Shown here: one piece after another, positions 41,324-50,222 of the stretch
Position numbering within the stretch: position 1 is the stretch's first letter
How the letters are laid out: each line of letters starts with the position of its first letter
Virus record (IMG/VR): IMGVR_UViG_3300002854_000002
Coordinates: 1-61,017 of that record
Direction: 5' to 3' (one strand)
From: a virus
Length of the DNA: 61,017 nt
Translations under genes and position numbers: made by a program
Notes under the pieces: generated by a model
What the model was told of the DNA's origin: nothing
What the model saw: only the letters and a program-made list of their open reading frames with translations
Database searches by the model: none

Positions 41324-42909
41324 TGGTTATGTTTTCGAACAAAGGGGCGGTGGACTCCGCAGGGGTCGACCAGGTCGCACGCGATAAGGCGGCGATCGTA
41401 GCGCAAGAGATTACGCTAGGGGTAGGTACACCAGATACGCGATTAGGTACGCTGCAGGCGACAATAGGAACGGGAAACGCCGTACTTATGACGGACGATG
41501 CGCAAAGGTCCGGCGCGCTTGTACTTCCCGGCGGAACAAGTTTAAAGGCGTCTCGGCGTAAAAAGTATACGAATACGAGCGGATCAACAACGCCAGGGGA
41601 CGTAAGCGTAACGGGCTCTAACGTAGAGATTGAGAATGTCGAAGTTATCGGAAATGTTACGACTCAGAGCGTGTTTTTCTCGAAAGATATTTCGAATGTC
41701 CGGTTCAACAAAGTAAAACTGGCAGCGCTCGGGCACGGCATCCACATCGCAAATCCGGGTATTACCGGTGCGACATTCGAAAATATGGAGATTAACGCTA
41801 GGAAATATGGACTGCTCGTCGGAGCGATTGCGCGGAATAGTAAAGGCTTCCGTATTCTAAACAACGATATATACGCTGACCGTGATGATGCTATCGAACT
41901 TAATTCGCCTACTACGCCAATCGGCGAAGAGTACGACGGGTTACGGGAAGTATTCATTATGGGAAACAGGCTCGCGTCAACTAGCGAAACGGAAACGGTT
42001 ATTAATAGCGGATTCGCACTCGGCATAGCGAACGCGCGAGAGGTTATCGCAATCGGGAATATGTCGTTAAAGAGTCGACAAGAAGCGCTTCATATCGAAG
42101 ATGACCAGGAGAACGTAGTTATCGTCGGCAACATTTTCAAAGGCTGCGTTAAAGGTGGCGCTCGACTCTTACACAACGGAGGGGCCGGACTTCCACGTAT
42201 GCCGATCGTTACGAATAACTTTTTCGTTAAGAAAGCCGGCGCAGAAAAGACGGAAGACGGCATCCGGCGCGTCTATGACGAAACCGGCGCTATCCTCGCT
42301 AATGTTTCAAACAATTATGTTAAAGGGTTCGATAAGGGGATTGTAGCGGATGGCGGTTCTACTCCGATGTACGTCGAGGGCTGCGTAGTTGAGGATTGTA
42401 ACGTCGCGGTGAAGGCGGGTGCGAGCGTTAAAGTCGTCGGTACGGTAATGGCGATAAATACGCCAAACCTAGCGGAAGGCGCAAGCAGCGCGATAATCGA
42501 CGCGGTTATATCCGACATTACACCGACGTCGATACTTAAATATACGGGGGTAGCCGGTTCTACGGGTGCTACGTTAAAGAAATTCGCGGCGAAAACAGCA
42601 GCGACCCCCGTTGCTGGAAATACAGCGAAGGCAATCGACTTGTTTCCGTTGCCTACCGCGATGCAAGGTCGCCTAACGATTCGCGGCGGTTCCGGAGCAG
42701 ATAACGTAATGGTTGTCGCTGACGTAACATACAGCGGCGGTGTCGTAACAAATACGAACCTTTTGGTACACAGACAGGGGACGCGGTTCCAAAATACCGC
42801 TATCGAGTTTGTGATTAATAGCGGTCAATTGGCGATGAAGCTTACGAGTACAGCGACGCTAACGCTTAATTTCCGATACGACTTCGAAGGCACGTATTAC
42901 CAAGCGTAA
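41323..42909 (+). CDS. Right-handed parallel beta-helix repeat protein (pectin-lyase fold-like)
   Basis: Repeated N-rich turns: NVEIENVEVIGNV, ISNVRFNKVKL, GHGIHIANPGITGATFENMEINA, FRILNNDIYADRDDAIELNS, VIAIGNM, VVIVGNIF. Confidence 0.6.
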   Translation: MVMFSNKGAVDSAGVDQVARDKAAIVAQEITLGVGTPDTRLGTLQATIGTGNAVLMTDDAQRSGALVLPGGTSLKASRRKKYTNTSGSTTPGDVSVTGSNVEIENVEVIGNVTTQSVFFSKDISNVRFNKVKLAALGHGIHIANPGITGATFENMEINARKYGLLVGAIARNSKGFRILNNDIYADRDDAIELNSPTTPIGEEYDGLREVFIMGNRLASTSETETVINSGFALGIANAREVIAIGNMSLKSRQEALHIEDDQENVVIVGNIFKGCVKGGARLLHNGGAGLPRMPIVTNNFFVKKAGAEKTEDGIRRVYDETGAILANVSNNYVKGFDKGIVADGGSTPMYVEGCVVEDCNVAVKAGASVKVVGTVMAINTPNLAEGASSAIIDAVISDITPTSILKYTGVAGSTGATLKKFAAKTAATPVAGNTAKAIDLFPLPTAMQGRLTIRGGSGADNVMVVADVTYSGGVVTNTNLLVHRQGTRFQNTAIEFVINSGQLAMKLTSTATLTLNFRYDFEGTYYQA

Positions 42910-42990
42910 TAATTGTCCAATACGCCCACGACGCTAAACTGTGCGGCCTGATAAACGATAGGCGACAGCCTTAAAACGGAGGATTAACGT

Positions 42991-43557
42991 ATGACAAACG
43001 AATTGAAACGCGGTCCATATCGCTTTGTACTCGATTTACAAACGTTCTCGGAAGATCCTGATCCGCAACCGGAACCGCCAAAGCCGGAGTTCACGCCGGA
43101 ACAACAAGCTGAGATGAATCGGATTATCGCGGATAGACTCGCGCGGCAGCAGCGGAAACATGACGATGAAAAAGCGGCTGCACAAGCGGAGGCTGAGCGG
43201 AAGAAGCTTGAAGAGGATGCGGAGTACAAAACGCTATACGAGACGGCGCAGGCGGAACTTGCGGCCGCTAAAGAATCCGCTAAAGCCGCGGAACTTAGCG
43301 CAACGAAGACACGGCTACTTATCGCGGCCGGCTATGGAGCGGATCAACTCGATCGCGTCGGCAAGTACGTTAGCGGCGACGATGAGGATGCGTTAAAGGC
43401 GTCTATTGACGAGGTGAAGGCGGACATACCGCCGAAAGCAAGCGGAGCTGACCCGAATCCCGGCAATCCGCATCGCCAAACGCCGCCTCCGAACGATCCG
43501 GCCGCAGCAGCAAAAGCAACGTACGAACGCCTAATAGCGGAAGGCAAAATCCGCTAA
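42991..43557 (+). CDS. Capsid scaffolding protein (DUF4355-like)
   Basis: Charged coiled-coil protein between the portal region and the capsid gene. Confidence 0.65.
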   Translation: MTNELKRGPYRFVLDLQTFSEDPDPQPEPPKPEFTPEQQAEMNRIIADRLARQQRKHDDEKAAAQAEAERKKLEEDAEYKTLYETAQAELAAAKESAKAAELSATKTRLLIAAGYGADQLDRVGKYVSGDDEDALKASIDEVKADIPPKASGADPNPGNPHRQTPPPNDPAAAAKATYERLIAEGKIR

Positions 43558-43575
43558 TACAAGGAGGAAACGTTA

Positions 43576-43953
43576 ATGCCAGCATATACACCGAAATTTA
43601 CGCAAACCGCGTTTAAGAGCGGAAAGAACATCCTAGCGAGCGAGCATCTCCAGTTTATCGAAGGTGGCGCAACGCTCGACGGTTCGAAGTTCGCAGCGGG
43701 TCCGATTGAACTCGGGACGCTTATCGCCCGTAATACCACGTCGGGTAAATACGAAAAGTTTTCGACCGTAACTGGCTTCGATAGCTTCGGTATTTTGAAC
43801 ATCGACGCTGTATCCGACGGAGGGAGCGACTTAGTCGTTGGCGAGGTCATCGTACGCGGCTCCGTGTATGAAGCTAAGCTCCCGACGAATGCCGCACTCG
43901 CAGCGTTTAAGACCGCAGTCGGCCCGGTTATTCGATTCGTTAAACACGTTTAA
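43576..43953 (+). CDS. Putative head decoration protein
   Basis: 125-aa protein between the scaffold and major capsid genes. Called on position and size only. Confidence 0.35.
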   Translation: MPAYTPKFTQTAFKSGKNILASEHLQFIEGGATLDGSKFAAGPIELGTLIARNTTSGKYEKFSTVTGFDSFGILNIDAVSDGGSDLVVGEVIVRGSVYEAKLPTNAALAAFKTAVGPVIRFVKHV

Positions 43954-43988
43954 GACGCAGGCGCTTCCGTCATGGAGGCGTCTTTTTT
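43952..43988 (+). terminator. Possible attenuating terminator
   Basis: AAGACGC...GCGTCTT stem followed by TTTTTT. Confidence 0.4.
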
Positions 43989-44029
43989 ATGCCCAAAAAT
44001 CCCTATACAAATCGAAGGAGTGTTTATAA

Positions 44030-45049
44030 ATGGCAGGTATTACACATTTGCAGCAATTTCAGAAACCGGCGCTTCGCGGCCTCGTCGACGTATCCGTAAA
44101 ACAAAAGGTGCCGACCGACGCTGACCGTTTTATGCCGGATGACCAAACGTATAGCACAACGTTTGCTTACGATATCGTTAAGAAATCTACGCACATCGCG
44201 GCCATGATCGGATACGGCGCGGAGCCTCCCGTTGTCGACCGCGATGCTGTAGCGTCCAAAATGGGCGAACTGGCGAAAATGGGTCTTAAATATATCGCGA
44301 CAGAAGAGGAATTGCTCGCGTTGAATCAAGCCCGTTCGAACTCCGAAGCTTCAGCGCTTGTCGACCGTCTGACGGTTAAAGCGATCGACCTCGTTAAGGC
44401 GCTGCAACTTCGCGTAGATGTATCAAAGCTCGAAGCGCTGACGAAAGGTACGTTTGCGTACAACAAAAACGGCGTAAAGATCAACGTTGACTACGGCATT
44501 CCGGCCGGAAATAAAATCGCATTGACATCGCCTAACGATTGGGCAAGCGATACCCGCGACGTTGTAGGCGATCTACTGACGTGGGCCTCCGCGTACGAAG
44601 TCGCCAACGGTAAGCAGCCTGACGTTATTTGGTTGAGTCGCGAAGTGCAGGCGCTTCTTCTGAAAAACACGACCATCGTCACGGAAGCTCGCGGTAATAA
44701 CAGCGGTGCTACTCGTGTATCGGTTGACGAATTGAATAGCGTACTTGGCGGCTACGGGCTGCCATCGATCCAAATCATCCCTAACCGTAAGGTCACCGTT
44801 AAGGACATCTATACGGGGCAGGACGAAGTTATCGAGTTTATGCCGGTTAACCGTGTTGTCATGCTTTCGGAGGGTATCGGTAATTTCCTGTACGGTCCGA
44901 CCGTCGAGAACGATTTCCAGCCGGGCATCGACCTTCGCGCTTACGACAAATTCGAGCCGATCGAATCCGTTATTCGCGTAGCAGCCGCCGGCTTCCCGAT
45001 TGTAACGTCGCCATCCCTTATCTTCCACGCTGACGTTTACACGCCGTAA
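44030..45049 (+). CDS. Major capsid protein (phage E-like family)
   Basis: 339 aa. The N-terminal pattern LQQFQKPALRGLVD...RFMPD...FAYD....HIAAMIGYGAEPP resembles capsid protein E family members. Confidence 0.75.
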   Translation: MAGITHLQQFQKPALRGLVDVSVKQKVPTDADRFMPDDQTYSTTFAYDIVKKSTHIAAMIGYGAEPPVVDRDAVASKMGELAKMGLKYIATEEELLALNQARSNSEASALVDRLTVKAIDLVKALQLRVDVSKLEALTKGTFAYNKNGVKINVDYGIPAGNKIALTSPNDWASDTRDVVGDLLTWASAYEVANGKQPDVIWLSREVQALLLKNTTIVTEARGNNSGATRVSVDELNSVLGGYGLPSIQIIPNRKVTVKDIYTGQDEVIEFMPVNRVVMLSEGIGNFLYGPTVENDFQPGIDLRAYDKFEPIESVIRVAAAGFPIVTSPSLIFHADVYTP

Positions 45050-45051
45050 GT

Positions 45052-45234
45052 ATGACGCAAAGTAAACGGATTTCTATCGAAGTCCTTGACGCAGTAGTTG
45101 ACGGCCAGATTAAAGGCGCGGTTTTCGAAGTGGAAGCGAAGACTGCGGAATATCTGGCCGCCATCGGCTACGTAAAAATCGTCGAGGAAGCGCCGAAACA
45201 AGCGAAAGCGGTAAGCGCGAAAAAAGCGGAGTAG
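45052..45234 (+). CDS. Hypothetical small head-module protein (60 aa)
   Basis: Intact ORF. Confidence 0.45.
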   Translation: MTQSKRISIEVLDAVVDGQIKGAVFEVEAKTAEYLAAIGYVKIVEEAPKQAKAVSAKKAE

Positions 45235-45247
45235 GAGGCGGCAGCTC

Positions 45248-45640
45248 ATGGCGAGTATCACGGAATTGACCGACCGTTTAGCCGCGAGATTCAGCGGTGT
45301 TCCTAACGTATTACCGACGGACCTCGACGCGTGGCTGACGGAGGCGCTGTATATTTACGGTTACTCGCCAGCTACCGTCGAGACTATTCCGGACGAGGAA
45401 ACGCCGCTCGTCATCTTGTTAGCGCAGATACAAGGAGCGCGAGCCATAGCGTTTAGTACGGCGCATTATTTCAAGTATACGGACGCCGAAGAATCCGTCG
45501 ATAAAACCGGCGTATCGAAGCAATGGCGCGAACTGGCTGCAGATTTAACCGCTCAGTATAACGATGAGTGGACGATTATTGTCGGTCGCCGACGTGAAGC
45601 GTCCGCATTTCGAATAGCGCCGAGGCCCGACCGCTTATGA
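45248..45640 (+). CDS. Hypothetical head-tail connector-region protein (130 aa)
   Basis: Called on position only. Confidence 0.4.
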   Translation: MASITELTDRLAARFSGVPNVLPTDLDAWLTEALYIYGYSPATVETIPDEETPLVILLAQIQGARAIAFSTAHYFKYTDAEESVDKTGVSKQWRELAADLTAQYNDEWTIIVGRRREASAFRIAPRPDRL

Positions 45641-46476
45641 GTTTAACGGATAAGTTTCGTAGTTTACACGATGCCTTTAAACGCAGATCCAGGACGCAGC
45701 AGGATTTCGTAGCCGGCGAGATAGCCAAAACGCGCTTGTCCGTAGTCGACCTGATAGCGGGATACGCGAAGAATGACGAGAAGATCAGCAGATCGCGCTT
45801 GAACTCGCTATTACGCGACTTGGACGGTGTTGAAAAGGAGATCCGTACGGTTACGAATACTTCCGTTTTGGCGGTCATGGGCGAGAGTGTAAACGAAGCG
45901 TTTACCGGATCGATTAGCGCGATAAAGACGGTCCTGGGCTTGCCGGCTTCGTTCGTAACAACGGGCAAAGTCGTAGCGAGCCGCGTTTTATCTACGCTAA
46001 CCGGACGTAAGCCGACAGCTACGAACATCGCGCAATATCTCGCCCAGCGTACAGGACCGGACGGCCTCGTCTTGTCGGATCGCGTATGGGTAATGGCGGG
46101 CGATTATCGGAGGTCGATCGGAAAAGTCCTTCAGCGCGGTATATTACGGGGCGACTCGATAGCGCGAATGACACGCGACATCACGGAAGTTTACGAGATC
46201 GAGGATTGGAAAGCGCGGCGGCTCGTTATAACGGAGACTAACACGGCATTTAGAACTGCGATAGGTTACGAGGCCGAGCGATTAGACTTCGTTAAGGGGC
46301 TGCGGCTTAACCCAGGCGTCCATCACAGTAAAGCGTGCGTTGCGTTATCGCAGGAGGACCGCCACGGACTCGGAGCCGGTGTATTCCTTCCGTCGGATAC
46401 GGATATCTACAATCCACATCCGAATTGTACCAGTTATTTAACGTTTATACTCAAAGATGACGAGGAGGTGCGGTAA
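45637..46476 (+). CDS. Minor head protein, SPP1 gp7 / Mu F-like
   Basis: ITETNTAFRTAIGYE and NPHPNCTSY motifs. Confidence 0.7.
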   Translation: MSLTDKFRSLHDAFKRRSRTQQDFVAGEIAKTRLSVVDLIAGYAKNDEKISRSRLNSLLRDLDGVEKEIRTVTNTSVLAVMGESVNEAFTGSISAIKTVLGLPASFVTTGKVVASRVLSTLTGRKPTATNIAQYLAQRTGPDGLVLSDRVWVMAGDYRRSIGKVLQRGILRGDSIARMTRDITEVYEIEDWKARRLVITETNTAFRTAIGYEAERLDFVKGLRLNPGVHHSKACVALSQEDRHGLGAGVFLPSDTDIYNPHPNCTSYLTFILKDDEEVR

Positions 46477-47120
46477 TGTTAACGGATGCTGACGTCGCGT
46501 TTATACGCGCAAATCGGGCGGAAATCAAGCAGCACCGCACCGAATCGATAACGGTCGAGTATACGGACGGTACGATTGACGCAGCGGAAGTCATATGGAA
46601 AGAGCCGCCGTCGCCGACTGGCACTGAAGCGCGCAACGTTGGTGACTATTCGATATCATCCAACGATTACGCCGTTACATTCGAGGATACAGTCGCGATA
46701 AATAGCGTTGTTAAACTTTTTCGTGGGAATGGCCGCTATATTCTGACCGATATTGACGAACGGGGACTCGGCGGACTCAATCGATACGAATGCCGCGCGA
46801 TGCTCGTTGCCTCAACCGGTCAGTCTATTACGATCATTCACGGCGGAGAAGAGGACGGATGGGGAGCGCCGGTTAACGTACCGCCTCCAACGATACTCGA
46901 CGCTTACGTTTCCGAGGAAATGAGGACGGTCACGAACCAGCTCGGCGAAGAAGTGGTATCCGAATTGCGCGTCGTCCTGGACGGCATGGTTAACGTCACA
47001 TACCGCGATAAAATCCGCTACGTCAACGATTTCGGCGCGACGGTCGAGCGAAAGCCCCTCCGTGTATTATTCCGAAAACGCGCGGACGGAACGCCTCTTA
47101 TTACGGAGGTGTACGTCTAA
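46476..47120 (+). CDS. Hypothetical head-tail joining protein (XkdH position)
   Basis: Called on position only. Confidence 0.4.
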   Translation: MLTDADVAFIRANRAEIKQHRTESITVEYTDGTIDAAEVIWKEPPSPTGTEARNVGDYSISSNDYAVTFEDTVAINSVVKLFRGNGRYILTDIDERGLGGLNRYECRAMLVASTGQSITIIHGGEEDGWGAPVNVPPPTILDAYVSEEMRTVTNQLGEEVVSELRVVLDGMVNVTYRDKIRYVNDFGATVERKPLRVLFRKRADGTPLITEVYV

Positions 47121-47599
47121 TGGCGCGCAATCGGATTGTCATCGACACAGCGCACCGTGCTTCGTTTTCAAGGAGCGTGCTTAACCGGTTCGTCCGAAGT
47201 TTTCGCGAGGAATTTGAGACCGGCAAGGAAGCAGCGGCACGGAGCGGCATCAACAAAATACTCGCGGAATGGCAAGCGGAAGCACGTAAGCTCGCGCCGA
47301 AGAAAACCGGTAAACTCCGTGACAATACCCGCCGAGACGTGGACGCCGGTCTTAGCGGTAATCAATTCGGGGGCGATATCGTAGCAACCGCAGTTAATCG
47401 CAAAAGCGGCGGCTCTTTCGATTATGCGACGTATCTCCATGACGTATATCCGAAGAGATACGGCGAAAGGTTTAAAAAACCGACGACTGCCGGAACGATA
47501 CCGCGCTTTATCGACGTGCCGCTCGAAAAGAACCGCCACAAATGGGAACAGGCTCTCGAGGACGAGTTCCGGCGTGAGATGCAGCGGAGGGGTTTTTAA
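47120..47599 (+). CDS. HK97 gp10-like head-tail protein (XkdI position)
   Basis: AEARKLAPKKTGKLRDN motif. Confidence 0.55.
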   Translation: MARNRIVIDTAHRASFSRSVLNRFVRSFREEFETGKEAAARSGINKILAEWQAEARKLAPKKTGKLRDNTRRDVDAGLSGNQFGGDIVATAVNRKSGGSFDYATYLHDVYPKRYGERFKKPTTAGTIPRFIDVPLEKNRHKWEQALEDEFRREMQRRGF

Positions 47600-48057
47600 T
47601 GGCAGTTGTAAACGAATTAATCAGCGTGGAGGCGTTTGTCAAAGCGCAATTCCCGTCCTCAACGTATAAGCAAAAAGCTCCGTTAAAGCCCGCATCCGAC
47701 ACGTTCATCGTCCAGTTAATGGGCGACAATCGATCGACGGAAACGGGCTATCATACGCGGGTCGAACGCATGTATCAAATCGTCTACGTAAATTCATCGC
47801 TGCCGGAAGTCCTGGCGAAGATGGACGCGTTAAGCTACGCCGCGATGGACGGAACGCTCATACCGATTAACGCCTCCTCACGGTTTATCCGCGTCGGGGC
47901 GTTTTCTTATTCGCAGCCGTTCGAGACGGAAAACGATTTATACGCAGTTATCGGCATTATGCAAACGGAAATACGCGAAGTGAGGACGCGGGACAATGCG
48001 CCATTAATCGGCGTTGTCGACGCAGTCCTTAACGTGAAAATAGAAACGGGGGAATAA
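47599..48057 (+). CDS. Tail completion/terminator-region protein (XkdJ position)
   Basis: Called on position only. Confidence 0.4.
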   Translation: MAVVNELISVEAFVKAQFPSSTYKQKAPLKPASDTFIVQLMGDNRSTETGYHTRVERMYQIVYVNSSLPEVLAKMDALSYAAMDGTLIPINASSRFIRVGAFSYSQPFETENDLYAVIGIMQTEIREVRTRDNAPLIGVVDAVLNVKIETGE

Positions 48058-48059
48058 AC

Positions 48060-49106
48060 TTGGCTACTTGGGACCCAACGGCATTACCTACGCGGCCGGG
48101 CGTATATATCAATTTCGTCAACGCCGCCGCCGCAGCCATTGCGGGAGGAGAACGGGGCACGGTGGCGCTCGGCCTTTCAACGTATACGGGCGGATCGGCA
48201 GCCGTGAAGAAATTCTACGAAGTCGAAAACGAAGCCGACGCGATTGCGCTATTTGGCGCGGCTAACATTCGGCCGATTACGCTCGCTTTTCAAGGAGGCG
48301 CGGCTAAAGTCGTCGTCTATACGCTGCCATCCACGCCAGTTACAGCGGATTTCGTAGACATGCGGGCAGGCTTTGATACGCAGGATTTTAACGTATTCGT
48401 CGCGCAGGATTATAGTGCTACGGAACAAGCAGCGCTTAAAACGTGGGTGGCTACGAATCGCACCGACGGCAAGAACTTCATGGCCGTTATCGGTGGCGAT
48501 GCGACTACAGACGCGAATCCGGTGACGGGTAACACGCGTTCGACGCTAAATTCCGACGATTACATCGTCAACGTAATTAACGGCGCGGTCGTCGGTGAGG
48601 ATTCACTGTCATCGTCCGAATACGCTCCGTTCGTGGCCGGCTTGATTGCGGGAACTCCGATTAATCAGTCAATCACATACGCAGCGACGACGGCTTCAGA
48701 CGTTACAAAACGTTTAACCAACGCACAAACGACGACTGCGCTGCTCGCGGGATCGCTCGTGCTGACAAACGATGGCCGCCGCGTCAAGATCGAGCAAGGG
48801 ATTACGACATCCGGCGCTAAAATTCGGACAGTACGTGCTAAGCAAGCGATTATTGAGGACATTACGCGGACAGCCAACGAGTCGTATATCGGGCAAATCC
48901 AGAATAACACGGATGGTCGCGCTACGCTGATCGCGGCGATTACGAAATATATGGAAACGCTCGAAGACAATAGCGTTTTGACGGACCTCGAAGTCAAAAT
49001 CGATCCGCTTCGACCGCCTACGGGAGACGCGGTGTTTTTAGCGATTTCGTATACGCCGATTGACAGCATGGAGCGAATTTTCCTGACGATTACAACAAAC
49101 GTATAA
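48060..49106 (+). CDS. Contractile tail sheath protein (XkdK-like)
   Basis: N-terminus RPGVYINFVNAAAAAIAGGERGTVALGL and a size of 348 aa. Followed by the tube gene. Confidence 0.8.
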   Translation: MATWDPTALPTRPGVYINFVNAAAAAIAGGERGTVALGLSTYTGGSAAVKKFYEVENEADAIALFGAANIRPITLAFQGGAAKVVVYTLPSTPVTADFVDMRAGFDTQDFNVFVAQDYSATEQAALKTWVATNRTDGKNFMAVIGGDATTDANPVTGNTRSTLNSDDYIVNVINGAVVGEDSLSSSEYAPFVAGLIAGTPINQSITYAATTASDVTKRLTNAQTTTALLAGSLVLTNDGRRVKIEQGITTSGAKIRTVRAKQAIIEDITRTANESYIGQIQNNTDGRATLIAAITKYMETLEDNSVLTDLEVKIDPLRPPTGDAVFLAISYTPIDSMERIFLTITTNV

Positions 49107-49121
49107 GGACGGTGATTATAG

Positions 49122-49565
49122 ATGGTTTTGGATCCAACGAAGATCGTCAGCGGACGATTCGGAAAACTCTATCTCGCGGACGGTACGTGGCTGACCAACG
49201 TTACGGCCGTCAACGCTACGGTTGAGTTCGAGAAGGAAGACGTCATGGTTTCCGGTACGCGCTGGATCGGTAAGAAAGTAACCGGCGTCAGCGGCAGCGG
49301 AGATTTTACGGGCTATCTCGTAACGACGCAGCTCCTCGACCAGATCGGCCAGGGAACGGATGATAACCGGTCGGCGCTTGTAACGGAGCTTATTTATTCG
49401 GTGACTGATCCGGATAACGGAAACGGAACGTACCGCGTCCGTCTGAAGGGCGTCACGTTCGATTCTATTCCGTTGATTACATCCGAGGTCGGATCGATGG
49501 TCGAGAACGAGTTTGCATTTACTTTTACGGGATATCAGATTATGGACCGACTAGTCCAGGCGTAA
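49122..49565 (+). CDS. Tail tube protein (XkdM-like)
   Basis: 147 aa with SGRFGKLYL..G....V....A.VEFEKEDV pattern. Confidence 0.75.
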   Translation: MVLDPTKIVSGRFGKLYLADGTWLTNVTAVNATVEFEKEDVMVSGTRWIGKKVTGVSGSGDFTGYLVTTQLLDQIGQGTDDNRSALVTELIYSVTDPDNGNGTYRVRLKGVTFDSIPLITSEVGSMVENEFAFTFTGYQIMDRLVQA

Positions 49566-49583
49566 TTAAACGTGAATACAACG

Positions 49584-49624
49584 AAGCAGCCGCGCTTATA
49601 AACGTGAGCTGCTTTTTCTTTTGC
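49584..49624 (+). terminator. Terminator after the tube gene
   Basis: AAGCAGC...GCTGCTT stem followed by TTTTTCTTTT. Confidence 0.55.
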
Positions 49625-49680
49625 GCAGTGCAGATTCGAAGTGTACTGCGCAAATTCAACTAAATCGGAGGTTATACGAT

Positions 49681-50058
49681 ATGGGAAACGCAACAAAGAC
49701 GAACGCGCTGCAGGCGCTACTTGGCTCGAATATTAACGTGACAAGGGACGTTCCGATCAAACGTCTCGGCGTCAATTTTACGGTTAAAGCGCTGACGGAC
49801 GATGGACTAAGCCAAGCGCGCTTAGAGTGTACGTTCGGCAATCACGTAGATGAGAGCAAACTCGCTGCAACCGTCATTGCACGAAGCTGCGTAGAGCCGA
49901 ATTTTAACGATCGCTCACTAATCGACCATTACGGTGCGGAGGACGGCGCGGATTGCGTTAAGAAGGCGCTACTGGCCGGCGAGTCCGTCAAACTGTACAC
50001 AGCGATTCTCGAAATTAGCGGATTTGGCGAGGACGATATCGACTTCCCAAACTCATAA
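49681..50058 (+). CDS. Tail assembly chaperone (XkdN-like), zero-frame product
   Basis: ATG 49681 with SD GGAGG. Lies between the tube and tape-measure genes. Confidence 0.7.
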   Translation: MGNATKTNALQALLGSNINVTRDVPIKRLGVNFTVKALTDDGLSQARLECTFGNHVDESKLAATVIARSCVEPNFNDRSLIDHYGAEDGADCVKKALLAGESVKLYTAILEISGFGEDDIDFPNS

Positions 50059-50222
50059 AGCAAGACCCGGAGGTAGCGTATTTACACGAGATATTCCAGC
50101 GTCACCACATCCCACCTCACGAAGTTTTTTCGTGGGGTATTCGTGAGCGTCGATTTGCTTATGCGTCGATGGCGTATCAGATCGAAATGGAAGAAAAAGC
50201 ACGTAAGAAAGGAGGAAAATAA
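49681..50222 (+). CDS. Tail assembly chaperone, -1 frameshifted long product
   Basis: Slippery heptamer C-CCA-AAC at 50046-50052. The -1 frame is open from 50019 to TAA 50220-50222 (58 codons) and has no start before ATG 50169. Confidence 0.65.
50046..50052 (+). promoter_or_regulatory. -1 programmed frameshift slippery site CCCAAAC
   Basis: X-XXY-YYZ pattern in the correct phase, 7 nt before the zero-frame stop. Confidence 0.65.
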
